A stretch of DNA of 64,000 bases from an uncultured Erysipelotrichaceae bacterium (GTDB taxonomy: Bacteria > Bacillota_I > Bacilli_A > RFN20 > CAG-826). The position numbers and the translations under genes were made by a program. Positions 28,396 to 38,054 of this stretch are shown here, piece after piece. Numbering within the stretch: the stretch's first letter is position 1; the number at the start of each line of letters is the position of its first letter. The notes beneath the pieces are model-generated. The model did no database searches, was not told the origin of the DNA, and saw only the letters and a list, made by a program, of their open reading frames with translations. The stretch spans positions 232 through 64,231 of the forward strand of contig CADBUF010000012.1 of assembly GCA_902797795.1 (NCBI GenBank), read 5' to 3'.

Positions 28396-30267
28396 ATGGA
28401 ACATTCAAAACTATTCTTTTTAGCCTTATTCCCACTTTTATTGACTTCTTGTGGAAATGAACCTACCCCAACCCCCACTCCAGGATATATTCCTGTGACT
28501 AGTATCACTACGATGGAGCCAGAATTCACTCTTGAAATCGGTGAAGAACATGAACTCCAATACGAAATCAAACCAGAAAATGCGACTTATAAGTCTGTTA
28601 TCACCTCAACGTTATCTACAAATATCGCTCTTGAAGGAACAACAGTTACCGCATTGTCCGCCGGAGAAGCCACTATTGTTCTTGAAACCGTAGATGGAGG
28701 CTATACGCTTATTTATACAGTCACTGTTAATGATGATGAACCAGTATTACAGGAAATTGATATTACTGGCGATTACAAATCTGTTTATTTTGTTGGCGAA
28801 GAATTTGACCCAACTGGTTTAATGGTTATGGCAATTTATGACGAAGGTGAACCAGTTGATGTCACTAGCGAATGTGAATTCAGTGGCTTTGATTCTTCTG
28901 AAGTTGGAATTATCACTATTACCGCTACTTATAAAGATAAGTCAGCAGACTTTGAAGTAGCTATTGAAGAAAAAAATCCTACAAGAGGTGTGGTTACTTT
29001 TAAACTAGGTTCAAAAGCTTCTAAAACTCCAAAAGGATATTTCTTATCTTTTAATCATGACAATGAATATTTCACTAACTCTGCTAAAGTGCTTAATAAT
29101 GACTTAAAAAAACTTTCTTATGGTGTAGCTTTATGTAACGTAACTGCAAAAAGCGGCGAATATTTCTATACTGCTATGGGATACGAAGATTATCTTTCTG
29201 AAGGTTACGACGAAGAGTCATTTGACAAGGTATCTTATTCTATCGCTCATAAAAATATTGGCGATTATGATTTAGTAGCCCTTTCTATTCGTGGCCAGGG
29301 TTATGGCACTGAATGGGCTAATAACTTTATTGTCGGAAAAGAAGGCAACCACAAAGGATTTGATGAATGCGCAAATAAGATTTATGACACATTAAAAGAA
29401 TATATTTCAAATCACTCAACCTCTAATTTCAAACTATGGGTCAGTGGTTATTCAAGAGGTGGCGCAATTGCTAACGTTTTAGCAAGTAAACTCTTAAAAG
29501 AACGTAACGAAATCGAAATTAGCCAAGATAACTTATTTGTTTATACTTATGAAGCTCCAAATGCTTTAACTCTAGAGAATGCTGTTGCGTATGAAAACGT
29601 TTTTAATTTCATTACTGAAAAGGATTTCGTACCTAATGTTGCTCCAAGTAAATATGAACTATATAGATGCGGTGTTGATATAAGTATCGATGAAGGAAAA
29701 GATATCGATGAATGTTTTGCCAAATTCGATCCAGAAGTCACTCTTCCTAAATTCACACCAGTTAGTCCTGAAGAATCTTCTAGTTTCTATTACGCTAGCG
29801 AAGAAGAATTAATCGACAAATTAATGGATGCCCTAGTTGAAGATGTTGAACTTGATGTTAAACATAAAATTTCAACTAGAGAACTCTACGCAGATACCTT
29901 TGAAAATGAAATTGCTTATTTCTTTGAAGTCTTTATGTCATTAAATGACGAAACCTTTAGTGATATCATCGCTAAGGCAAAAGCATTAGATATGTCCAAA
30001 ATTTTTACGATGATTACCACTGATAGCGGTATCTATAATTTCATTGAACCTATCTTAAGAGAGCATGAATTCCCTTATGATGAGGCAAAATTAACCGCGA
30101 CATGTGATGCAGCTAGGGATTTAATCCAATCAAAAGTATCTTTCTTCATTAGTAATTTTGTTGATTTCTCTACTATGTCACTCAAACAAAATCGTATTGA
30201 TAGCGTTATGCGCTGCGCCTATATCCATTTTCCAGAGGTTATCTATTCTCTAATTGCTGATTTATGA
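28396..30267 (+). CDS. secreted lipoprotein: Ig-like (Big_2-type) domains + class-3 lipase domain
   Basis: AAGGAGAG RBS. Signal peptide with lipobox LLTSC. Beta-rich repeats (TALSAGEATIVLETVDGGYTLIYTVTV). Lipase_3 motifs YDLVALSIRGQGY and nucleophile elbow VSGYSRGGAIA. Confidence 0.7.
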   Translation: MEHSKLFFLALFPLLLTSCGNEPTPTPTPGYIPVTSITTMEPEFTLEIGEEHELQYEIKPENATYKSVITSTLSTNIALEGTTVTALSAGEATIVLETVDGGYTLIYTVTVNDDEPVLQEIDITGDYKSVYFVGEEFDPTGLMVMAIYDEGEPVDVTSECEFSGFDSSEVGIITITATYKDKSADFEVAIEEKNPTRGVVTFKLGSKASKTPKGYFLSFNHDNEYFTNSAKVLNNDLKKLSYGVALCNVTAKSGEYFYTAMGYEDYLSEGYDEESFDKVSYSIAHKNIGDYDLVALSIRGQGYGTEWANNFIVGKEGNHKGFDECANKIYDTLKEYISNHSTSNFKLWVSGYSRGGAIANVLASKLLKERNEIEISQDNLFVYTYEAPNALTLENAVAYENVFNFITEKDFVPNVAPSKYELYRCGVDISIDEGKDIDECFAKFDPEVTLPKFTPVSPEESSSFYYASEEELIDKLMDALVEDVELDVKHKISTRELYADTFENEIAYFFEVFMSLNDETFSDIIAKAKALDMSKIFTMITTDSGIYNFIEPILREHEFPYDEAKLTATCDAARDLIQSKVSFFISNFVDFSTMSLKQNRIDSVMRCAYIHFPEVIYSLIADL

Positions 30268-31778
30268 AAAAAATAACCCTATTTATTACTTCATTACTAT
30301 TTAGCGCACTGTCTTTTTCAGCGTGCTCTTCATCAATGAATGGAAGTAATAACCCTATTATTCCTCAAGGAGAAACTAACCCTGAAGAAGGAACTCCTGA
30401 AGATAGTGGCGAACAAGGTCAAGGAGAAGAACAAGGACAAGGTGAAGAAGAAAATCCACCAGAGGATGACGATCCTGCTAACTATAAAGTGATCGACACA
30501 TTCTCAAAAAGAATGCCCGCTGAATTTGAACCAGTGTCAATGGTTAAAGTGGTCTATCCAAACATGATGCCACTAAGCGCATATAAAACAATATCAGAAG
30601 ATATTCCTCTTCTTGTTTTGGTTAATCCTGATAACAGTAATAAATCAAGAATCTCAAAAGCAAAAAGTGAATTCGCTAACGCTGGCATAACTAACGCAAC
30701 ATATATCGATATGCCGCTTGATTATGATTATGCTGCCTGGGTTAGAGATTTTTCACCGTTTTATATCTTTGATGATAAATCAGTAACCGCTGTTGATTTC
30801 ACTTATAATCGTAATCGTTATGAACAAAACGCTGTTCCTAAAAAAATAGCGGAATATTTAAATATCCCATATAGCAAAATGAACATCACCCATACCGGTG
30901 GTAATTTAATGCAAGATGGAAGAGGCACCGCTTTTAGTGATGACCTTGTTGTTAGTGAAAACGGCAATAATAAAAGTAATGTAATTAATAAAATGAAAGA
31001 ATATACCGGTACTGATAACTATGTTATCACTATCGATCCTCAGGGTGACTATATTGCTCATATTGATTGCTGGGCAAAAATAGTAGCCCCAGATAAAATC
31101 ATCGTTGCTAAACTACCAAAGTCTAATAATAGATATCAATATTACGAAGATGTCGCTAATGAACTTGCTAACACCACTTGTGCATATGGATATAAATATA
31201 AAATCTATCGTGTTGAAGAACCTGGTGGAACTACTGTTGCCCCATACACCAATTCATTAATCGTGAACAATAACGTTTATATGCCTTTAGGCGACAATGA
31301 AACATATAATCAAAAAGCTCTTGCGGTTTATAAAGAGGCATTGCCTAGTTATAACATTAAAGGAATCAAAGGTTATAATTCTGGACATGATCAAGAATTT
31401 TTGAATACTGACGCACTTCATTGCCGCACTCATGAAATTCCAAATCAAGATATGCTCTTTATTGATTCAAGAGAAGTTTATCAAGGTTCTGTCGTGTTAA
31501 AGGATGAATATGTCGTTAAAACAAACATTGTTAGCTATGCAAGCAAAGATGTAAATGAAGAAGATGTGAATATCTATTATTCCATCAATGATGGTGAATA
31601 TGTTAAAGCTAACATGAATAAATATAAAGACACTACTAACTTCACATTCTCATTTACTAATCTCACCATAGGTGATGATGTTAAATATTATATTGAAGCC
31701 ACTGACAGTGGAAGCAACTATTCAATCGATCCAACTTGCGGAAAACTTGATCCACATCACTTCACAATATCAGCATAA
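30264..31778 (+). CDS. secreted lipoprotein of the PAD_porph family (agmatine deiminase / peptidyl-arginine deiminase-like) with acidic low-complexity linker and extra C-terminal domain
   Basis: ATGA overlap with lipase gene. Lipobox SFSAC. GEQGQGEEQGQGEEENPPEDDD linker. Guanidino-modifying fold motifs WVRDFSP, HIDCW, and catalytic-Cys motif TDALHCRTHEIP near the C-terminus of the catalytic domain. Confidence 0.6.
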   Translation: MKKITLFITSLLFSALSFSACSSSMNGSNNPIIPQGETNPEEGTPEDSGEQGQGEEQGQGEEENPPEDDDPANYKVIDTFSKRMPAEFEPVSMVKVVYPNMMPLSAYKTISEDIPLLVLVNPDNSNKSRISKAKSEFANAGITNATYIDMPLDYDYAAWVRDFSPFYIFDDKSVTAVDFTYNRNRYEQNAVPKKIAEYLNIPYSKMNITHTGGNLMQDGRGTAFSDDLVVSENGNNKSNVINKMKEYTGTDNYVITIDPQGDYIAHIDCWAKIVAPDKIIVAKLPKSNNRYQYYEDVANELANTTCAYGYKYKIYRVEEPGGTTVAPYTNSLIVNNNVYMPLGDNETYNQKALAVYKEALPSYNIKGIKGYNSGHDQEFLNTDALHCRTHEIPNQDMLFIDSREVYQGSVVLKDEYVVKTNIVSYASKDVNEEDVNIYYSINDGEYVKANMNKYKDTTNFTFSFTNLTIGDDVKYYIEATDSGSNYSIDPTCGKLDPHHFTISA

Positions 31779-31796
31779 GAAAAGCCCACAAATGGG

Positions 31797-32720
31797 CTAT
31801 TTCTTTTTCTTTTTCTCTGTGTCTTCTTTATGAATCTGTTTCATTTCTTCTGTGTCTTGTTTGCCAGAAGTTTCGTTATAGAAGTTAACAATAATAGAGG
31901 TGATGACCGCCACAACGACAATGCCGTACATACCAAGAAGCACAGTAACTACTCTACCAATTAACGTTTTAGCAGTGAAATCGCCAAAACCAATCGTAGT
32001 GACAACCGCAAAAGAGTACCATAATCCATCACCAAAAGTTGTAATCGATTCTTCAAAATAGGCAAAGACAATCGCAGAAGCCACTACCATGGTTAATAAA
32101 CCAAGGAGAACTTCTAAAGCGAAAGTACGGATGATGATTTTTAATAATGTCTTTAGTTTTAATTGTAAGAAAGCGTTTGCAAGAACTTCGATTAAAGAAG
32201 CAATAATGACAATAAAACAAACTATCATAATTGGGGCAAACATTTCCGTAGGTCCATAAGGCACAAATAAACCAAGAGCGAGTAAAGCAAATAAAGTAAT
32301 AATAAGAGCGTTTAAAACAATACTTCTAACCGTCGGCTTTTGAATGATTTTAAAGATACGGGAAATAATAATAGAGATACAGAATATTCCCCCGCATGCA
32401 GAATAACAATAGGAGTTATCTTTACCAAAGTAGGCAATTACGCCTAGAGAAATATTTAGAACAAATAAAAAGGCAAATCTTATTAAATTAGTTCTTGTTC
32501 GATCTCTTAAATACGTAACGAATCTTGATAAACCTAAAACAATAAAGATTAAAAACATATAAACCGACACCATAGTAGCGTCAGGTGGAGTTAATCTTGC
32601 GTAATATAAGGCCATGATTGAAAAGGCCATGATGATAGTTGAAATAGCACTACCAAGAGTGAGCAAAAGCACCCTTACAGTGGTTTCAGTTAATTTTATT
32701 CTTCCGTGTTTTTTACTCAT
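31797..32720 (-). CDS. potassium-channel-like membrane protein (paralog A)
   Basis: 307 aa. Multi-TM N-terminus, pore helix + selectivity filter WYSFAVVTTIGFGD followed by an inner helix, Lys-rich C-tail. Confidence 0.65.
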   Translation of the reverse strand: MSKKHGRIKLTETTVRVLLLTLGSAISTIIMAFSIMALYYARLTPPDATMVSVYMFLIFIVLGLSRFVTYLRDRTRTNLIRFAFLFVLNISLGVIAYFGKDNSYCYSACGGIFCISIIISRIFKIIQKPTVRSIVLNALIITLFALLALGLFVPYGPTEMFAPIMIVCFIVIIASLIEVLANAFLQLKLKTLLKIIIRTFALEVLLGLLTMVVASAIVFAYFEESITTFGDGLWYSFAVVTTIGFGDFTAKTLIGRVVTVLLGMYGIVVVAVITSIIVNFYNETSGKQDTEEMKQIHKEDTEKKKKK

Positions 32721-32741
32721 GCTATCACCTCAACTTGTCGC

Positions 32742-34586
32742 TTATTTATTATACGCGTTAGAAAGATATTCTCCAATCGCGTTAAAATCATAGAATTTAG
32801 AAACATCTGGCAAATCTGGGTTTAGTGGGTTTTCTTTAATCTCTAATTCAAAGTCAACAGGAACACCACTATCAATGTTTTCACCTTTGGCGTTAGATAA
32901 ACATTTTTCAGATGAATGGGAGAACATTAATCCTTCCACTGTGGTGTTAAGCTCAACAGTGCAACTACCGCCACCACTTCTCTGGCCTAATGTTTTATAA
33001 CCCATTTCTTTTAATAAAGAAGGTAATAAGTTACCACAAGAGAAAGAGAAATTAGTGGTAATGATTCCATAATTAAAGTTAAAGTTAATCGCTTCTTCGT
33101 AATCTAAAGAATCCCATTTACCATCTAAATTAATATCGACAAGAACGTGTTCAGTGTTACGGTTATGGTGACTCACATTATTTAAACTAATTGAGGATCT
33201 CGCCCCATTCATTAAACCGATAATGCCGTGGACAATAGCAGTGCTGCCTCCTCCGTTAGCGGATAAATCTAAGACGAGGTTTTTCGCATTATCTTCTTTA
33301 GCTTGATAGAGTTTTGATCTCACAAAAGCATATGTATCAGTATTAACAGGCGCTTCACTTGGATCTTTGCTTTTTTTATAGAATTCATCCCAACTACGAG
33401 CGTCATACGCAAAGCTATCAAAACCAATATAAGCGGTTTCTGTCGCGTTATCGTAATAATAATAGTTAGCCCCATCAGTGTAACCTGGGAAAAGATTTCT
33501 TCTTTGGGCAACTAAAAGCATTGCTAACATATGTTTTTTAGCATCAACTTTAAACGCACCATCTATAGCCATCGCGATTTCTTTAGCGTATTCTTCTTGA
33601 TCGAGTTTATCGATAGAGTATTGTCCTAAATCTACATCAGCGTTACTAATTAATGACTTAGTGTGACCTCCATCATACATCCCACCCATAAACAAGTTAT
33701 AGCCTTCGTAATATTTTTCTTTGTCACTAGAAAGAAGGAGTTCTCTAATTTTTGGGTAATATTCTAAAAGTAATCCATTCGTACCTAAAGAAAGGAGATT
33801 GTTATCGCCAAAATTAAGTTGAGAAGTTAAACCACGGAAATGATCAAAGGTGAGACATATTTGTCCATAGTTATAAGTGATAATATCGTTTTCTCTAGGA
33901 GAAGAAAAATCTTTAAGAATTGAATAATAACCTTCGTAATAATCAGGAACGCGTTTCACTCCATTAGAGAGGATTCCTTGATAATCAATCACGTAGATAT
34001 CTTTACCATTATAAGCAACGTTATATAACCAACTCGCACCAGAGAAGATGCCTAGTAATTGAAGAGGAACATAAACGTTATCCCCTTCTGAATGGATATC
34101 AATCTTGTAGTCATTGAGATTGATGATTTTTTCAACGTAACCATGGCTAGAAGAATAATCCAGTTTTAAAAAAGATTGTCCGTTAAAATTAATTGCCTCT
34201 TTATGATTAGAAAATGAATCAGTGCCACTAAAGGCAAAGATGTTATATTTGGAATCAAATCTTAAATAGTCATCGTTATTATTGATGAGTTGATAAACAT
34301 AATCATCTCTTAGTAAGAGATAGTCATCATGAGCAAAGAATTCCTTATAATATTCTTTAACATTAACATAAGGGATATTTGGAGTGTTTTGATAAAACCT
34401 CACTGGGAACAATTTGTCGACTTTATTATTTTCACGGTAGATGTTAACCCCTTTTATCACATATGGCTCAACATCGATATAGGCGACAGTGATGTAATTA
34501 TCAAGAGAATCACTACACCCAGTTAAAAACATCATTGGAGAAGATAATAACGCGGTTAATAAAGCTAATTTTGATTTGATTTTCAT
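32742..34586 (-). CDS. S41-family (tail-specific/C-terminal processing-like) peptidase lipoprotein
   Basis: 614 aa. Lipobox LTGCSD. LDLSANGGGS motif resembling the S41 IDLRxNxGG catalytic-region motif. Confidence 0.5.
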   Translation of the reverse strand: MKIKSKLALLTALLSSPMMFLTGCSDSLDNYITVAYIDVEPYVIKGVNIYRENNKVDKLFPVRFYQNTPNIPYVNVKEYYKEFFAHDDYLLLRDDYVYQLINNNDDYLRFDSKYNIFAFSGTDSFSNHKEAINFNGQSFLKLDYSSSHGYVEKIINLNDYKIDIHSEGDNVYVPLQLLGIFSGASWLYNVAYNGKDIYVIDYQGILSNGVKRVPDYYEGYYSILKDFSSPRENDIITYNYGQICLTFDHFRGLTSQLNFGDNNLLSLGTNGLLLEYYPKIRELLLSSDKEKYYEGYNLFMGGMYDGGHTKSLISNADVDLGQYSIDKLDQEEYAKEIAMAIDGAFKVDAKKHMLAMLLVAQRRNLFPGYTDGANYYYYDNATETAYIGFDSFAYDARSWDEFYKKSKDPSEAPVNTDTYAFVRSKLYQAKEDNAKNLVLDLSANGGGSTAIVHGIIGLMNGARSSISLNNVSHHNRNTEHVLVDINLDGKWDSLDYEEAINFNFNYGIITTNFSFSCGNLLPSLLKEMGYKTLGQRSGGGSCTVELNTTVEGLMFSHSSEKCLSNAKGENIDSGVPVDFELEIKENPLNPDLPDVSKFYDFNAIGEYLSNAYNK

Positions 34587-34632
34587 ACTTAAACCTCAGC
34601 AATAAGATTATACATTATCTTATTTTCTCTGT

Positions 34633-35475
34633 TTATATAAATAATTGTTTGATTGTTTTGACAATCTTTCGTCTTTTTCCTTGATATATTCCATCACCAG
34701 AATATAGAACCTTAAATCCACACTTATCTAAAACCCTTAAGCTTGCCTTGTTGTTTTCAAGAACAACACCATAGACTTCTTTTAAATTTGTGTTTCTCTT
34801 TAAATATCCTAAGAAAAGATTTACGGCTTCTGTTGCATACCCTTTTTTGGTAAATAGTTTAGCGATGTGATAGCCTATTTCCCATCCTTCTTTTATTTTT
34901 ACTAATTGAATGTAACCAATATTTGCATTATCGTCTTTTCTAATAATTACGTATACAAACGGACCGTTTTCGCTACCATAGTTTTTAATAATTTGATCTA
35001 CCACTTCGCTAGCTTCTTCTAAAGATTCAAAGACTTCATCTGGAGAAAATTTTCTGTTGTCTTCGTCTTGTGAATTACGAAACACATCATAATACATGGA
35101 TTGATTCATTTTAGCTATATAGAGTCTATTTCCATCAATAAGTTTTTCACTTGTGTTTAATAACTCTTTGTTAACAATGTCTTTCCAATCTTGAAAATGA
35201 GAAAGAACACGTAATATAAATACGGTTTTTGTTGATTCGTTAATTTGATAAATAGCAATGTGATTTAAGCAAACTAAATAGTAAGACCTTGCATAATCAA
35301 ATAATGAATTTCTAATTTTGATTCCGCGGCTTGGAAAAGTAGATAAAGATTCCAATTTATCAAATATTTTTTCAATGTAATGAGTCGCAGCATTTATATT
35401 ATCAGCAGAAATAAAAGACTTGATGTTCTCCAAGTCTTTAAAGGCAGAATTAGAAATAATAACATTATATGTCAT
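34633..35475 (-). CDS. fusion protein: ParE/RelE-family type II toxin domain (N-term) + GNAT N-acetyltransferase domain (RimL/Acetyltransf_3-like, C-term)
   Basis: N-terminal about 95 aa has ParE/RelE hallmarks (FPSRGIKIRNSLFDYARSYYLVCLNHIAIYQINESTKTVFILRVLSH). C-terminal part has GNAT motifs (IGYIQL...GYATEAV...NKASLRVLDKCGFK). 4-nt overlap with the upstream antitoxin gene. Confidence 0.65.
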   Translation of the reverse strand: MTYNVIISNSAFKDLENIKSFISADNINAATHYIEKIFDKLESLSTFPSRGIKIRNSLFDYARSYYLVCLNHIAIYQINESTKTVFILRVLSHFQDWKDIVNKELLNTSEKLIDGNRLYIAKMNQSMYYDVFRNSQDEDNRKFSPDEVFESLEEASEVVDQIIKNYGSENGPFVYVIIRKDDNANIGYIQLVKIKEGWEIGYHIAKLFTKKGYATEAVNLFLGYLKRNTNLKEVYGVVLENNKASLRVLDKCGFKVLYSGDGIYQGKRRKIVKTIKQLFI

Positions 35476-35720
35476 AGCAATTTCTTTTTTGCCTCGGACA
35501 AAGGCATCATTCTTCCATTTGCAATATCCGCAATACCTTCATTAATTTTTTGCATTAAATCAATACTTCGATATAGTTCGTCTAAAACATGAGAAGCGAC
35601 AATAGCGGTATCTTCTTTACCATTTACAGTAATATATACAGGCTCTTGCGTTAATTTGCACAGCTCACTTATTTCTTTGTATTTGTTTCTTAAGTCTGCA
35701 CTTGGTCTAATAATCGCCAT
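35472..35720 (-). CDS. Phd/YefM-RelB-like type II antitoxin
   Basis: 82 aa. MAIIRPSADLRNKYKEISE...PVYITVNGKEDTAIV resembles Phd/YefM antitoxin fold. Overlaps the toxin gene by 4 nt. Confidence 0.55.
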   Translation of the reverse strand: MAIIRPSADLRNKYKEISELCKLTQEPVYITVNGKEDTAIVASHVLDELYRSIDLMQKINEGIADIANGRMMPLSEAKKKLL

Positions 35721-35880
35721 AAAGATGCCTCCTTTTTATATCATAATTATATCATATATATCATTTTTTGCAATTCAAGCAACACGAAATTTGATTTTGC
35801 CAAAAGTAGATGCTTTATGAACAGAAAATGAAAAAAGTCACCTTAAGGTGACTCTAATCTAATCGTTAATTTTGATTAAA

Positions 35881-36393
35881 TTATTCTTCTTTTGATAATA
35901 AAGCGCTGAGTAAGAAGAATAAACCATAAACAGCGACAAGTACGCCGATAATAATCCAGAATACTTTGTAGAAGCTTGGAATATAGATGTAGCAGAAACC
36001 TAAAGCAAAAACGCCACCACCAATAACGATTTGGCCAAGGCCAGCAAATAAACCTTGTTTGAAGATAGTGTAAATGCCATATAAGACTAATGCTGCACCA
36101 GCGGCAATCATGATTAAGATAAATGCTTCAATAAAACGATCGAAACTGTAATATCTAGCAATCAAGAATGAACCGATTAATAAACCTGCTAAAGCGGCAA
36201 ATACTGAACCAAAAGCTAAGACTTTTGTTTTAACTAATCCAACAATTGAGAGGATTAAGAATAATGCACCAGCAACAACAAGCAAGACACCGAAATAGAT
36301 ATCTAAAACAGTTTGTCCACCGAAGCACGCCATAAGTACACCGATAACAATAGCAAGGGCACCTTCACAAATAGCGAGTAATTTCTTTTCCAT
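35881..36393 (-). CDS. small 4-6 TM membrane protein (HdeD/DUF308-like)
   Basis: 170 aa, Gly/Ala-rich repeated TM pairs. No enzymatic motifs. Confidence 0.35.
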   Translation of the reverse strand: MEKKLLAICEGALAIVIGVLMACFGGQTVLDIYFGVLLVVAGALFLILSIVGLVKTKVLAFGSVFAALAGLLIGSFLIARYYSFDRFIEAFILIMIAAGAALVLYGIYTIFKQGLFAGLGQIVIGGGVFALGFCYIYIPSFYKVFWIIIGVLVAVYGLFFLLSALLSKEE

Positions 36394-36496
36394 TTTTATC
36401 TCCTTTCAATGCGATATTATATTCTTAATTATTAAGAATTAAAATAGTTGAATGTGATATCTTATTATTTAATAATATTGTTTAGGGGAAACAATT

Positions 36497-38020
36497 ATGA
36501 AACTATTAAGGATTATCTTTTCTAAATGGAGTATTTCCATCATTTTACTTTTAGCCCAAGTTGCGGCGATTGGACTAATTATTTATTTCTTAAATGCCTA
36601 CTATTACATTTTCCAAATCGTCTCTCTTGTCATTGGAATAATTGTCTTCTTTGTTCTTATAAATCGAAAAGAGAACCCAGAATACAAAATTCCTTGGCTC
36701 TTCTTAGTTCTCATTCTTCCTCTATTTGGTGTCCTTTTCTATTTGATGTTTTCCAAACAACACGCGAGTAAAAAAACGAGAAAATTCTATAAAGAAGCCT
36801 TAGATAAACTCGCCCCATATGTCGAAAATAATGAAGACAATGAAAAAGTCTATGAATATATGGGTGAATATCAAGGTGTTGCTAAATATTTAAAACAAAC
36901 ATCTGGCTTAGGTGGCCAACTTAATAACGACATCAAATACTACCCAGTAGGTGAAAAGATGTGGGTTGATATGTTAGAAGCACTTAACTCCGCGAAGAAA
37001 TTCATCTTAATGGAATATTTCATTATTGATCCAGGAATCATGTGGGATTCAATTCATGAAATTTTAGTCAAAAAAGCGAAAGAAGGCGTCCGCGTTCACC
37101 TTGTCTATGATGATTTAGGAACGATGACAATGCTTAAAAGTAGTTACTATAAGAAGCTTCGTAAAGAAGGTATCGATGCGCACAAATTTAATCCATTCAC
37201 TCCAATTGTGAGTGCAGTATATAATAACCGCTCACACCGTAAAATTATGGTGGTTGATGGAGAAGTTGCCTTCACTGGTGGTATTAACCTTGGTGACGAA
37301 TATATCAATAAAAATGATCGACTTGGTCACTGGAAAGATACTGGTATTAGAGTTAAAGGAAGTGCTGTAAATACTTTAACCGCTTTATTCTTCTTTGATT
37401 TCATCGTTGCTAAAAGAAAAATTCCAGAATTTGATTTCTACTTCAATCCAAATCCAAAGAAATTTAATCAAGAAGGGGCAATCGTTCCTTTTGGAGATGG
37501 TCCAAAGCCAATGTATGAAGACCAAATTGGTGAAGAGAGTTTAATAAGTGTTATTGGTAGAGCCACTAAATATTTCTATATCACAACCCCATATCTCATC
37601 ATTGATTATCATCTCACTATGGCGCTTAAAGACGCCGCTAAAAGAGGGGTTGATGTTAGACTAGTAACTCCTCATATTCCAGATAAGAAAGCAGTTTTCT
37701 GCTTAACAAGAAGTTCGTATAAATTCTTAAGAGAATCAGGTGTAAAGGTTTATGAATACACTCCTGGATTCATCCACGAAAAAACATATCTATGTGATGA
37801 TGTAATAGGATTTGTAGGAACAATTAACCTTGATTATCGTAGCTTAACCCATCACTATGAATGTGGCGCGATTATTTATAAACACGAATGCTTAAAAGAT
37901 ATCAAAGAAGACTTTGAACATATATTCTCCATTTCGCAATACATTGATGACAGCTTTAAATTGTCAGTGGGTGCGAAGTTAGTAAATGCATTGCTCGCTG
38001 TCTTTAGAGCGTTGTTCTAA
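36497..38020 (+). CDS. cls: cardiolipin synthase
   Basis: 507 aa. Two N-terminal TM helices and two PLD HKD motifs (HRKIMVVDGEVAFTGGINLGDEY and HEKTYLCDDVIGFVGTINLDYRS). Confidence 0.9.
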   Translation: MKLLRIIFSKWSISIILLLAQVAAIGLIIYFLNAYYYIFQIVSLVIGIIVFFVLINRKENPEYKIPWLFLVLILPLFGVLFYLMFSKQHASKKTRKFYKEALDKLAPYVENNEDNEKVYEYMGEYQGVAKYLKQTSGLGGQLNNDIKYYPVGEKMWVDMLEALNSAKKFILMEYFIIDPGIMWDSIHEILVKKAKEGVRVHLVYDDLGTMTMLKSSYYKKLRKEGIDAHKFNPFTPIVSAVYNNRSHRKIMVVDGEVAFTGGINLGDEYINKNDRLGHWKDTGIRVKGSAVNTLTALFFFDFIVAKRKIPEFDFYFNPNPKKFNQEGAIVPFGDGPKPMYEDQIGEESLISVIGRATKYFYITTPYLIIDYHLTMALKDAAKRGVDVRLVTPHIPDKKAVFCLTRSSYKFLRESGVKVYEYTPGFIHEKTYLCDDVIGFVGTINLDYRSLTHHYECGAIIYKHECLKDIKEDFEHIFSISQYIDDSFKLSVGAKLVNALLAVFRALF

Positions 38021-38028
38021 TGCACAAG

Positions 38029-38054
38029 AAAAGCGGGATTCCCGCTTTTTCTCT
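38029..38054 (+). terminator. rho-independent terminator after cls (possibly bidirectional)
   Basis: AAGCGGGAttCCCGCTT hairpin followed by TTTTTCTCTT. Confidence 0.7.
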
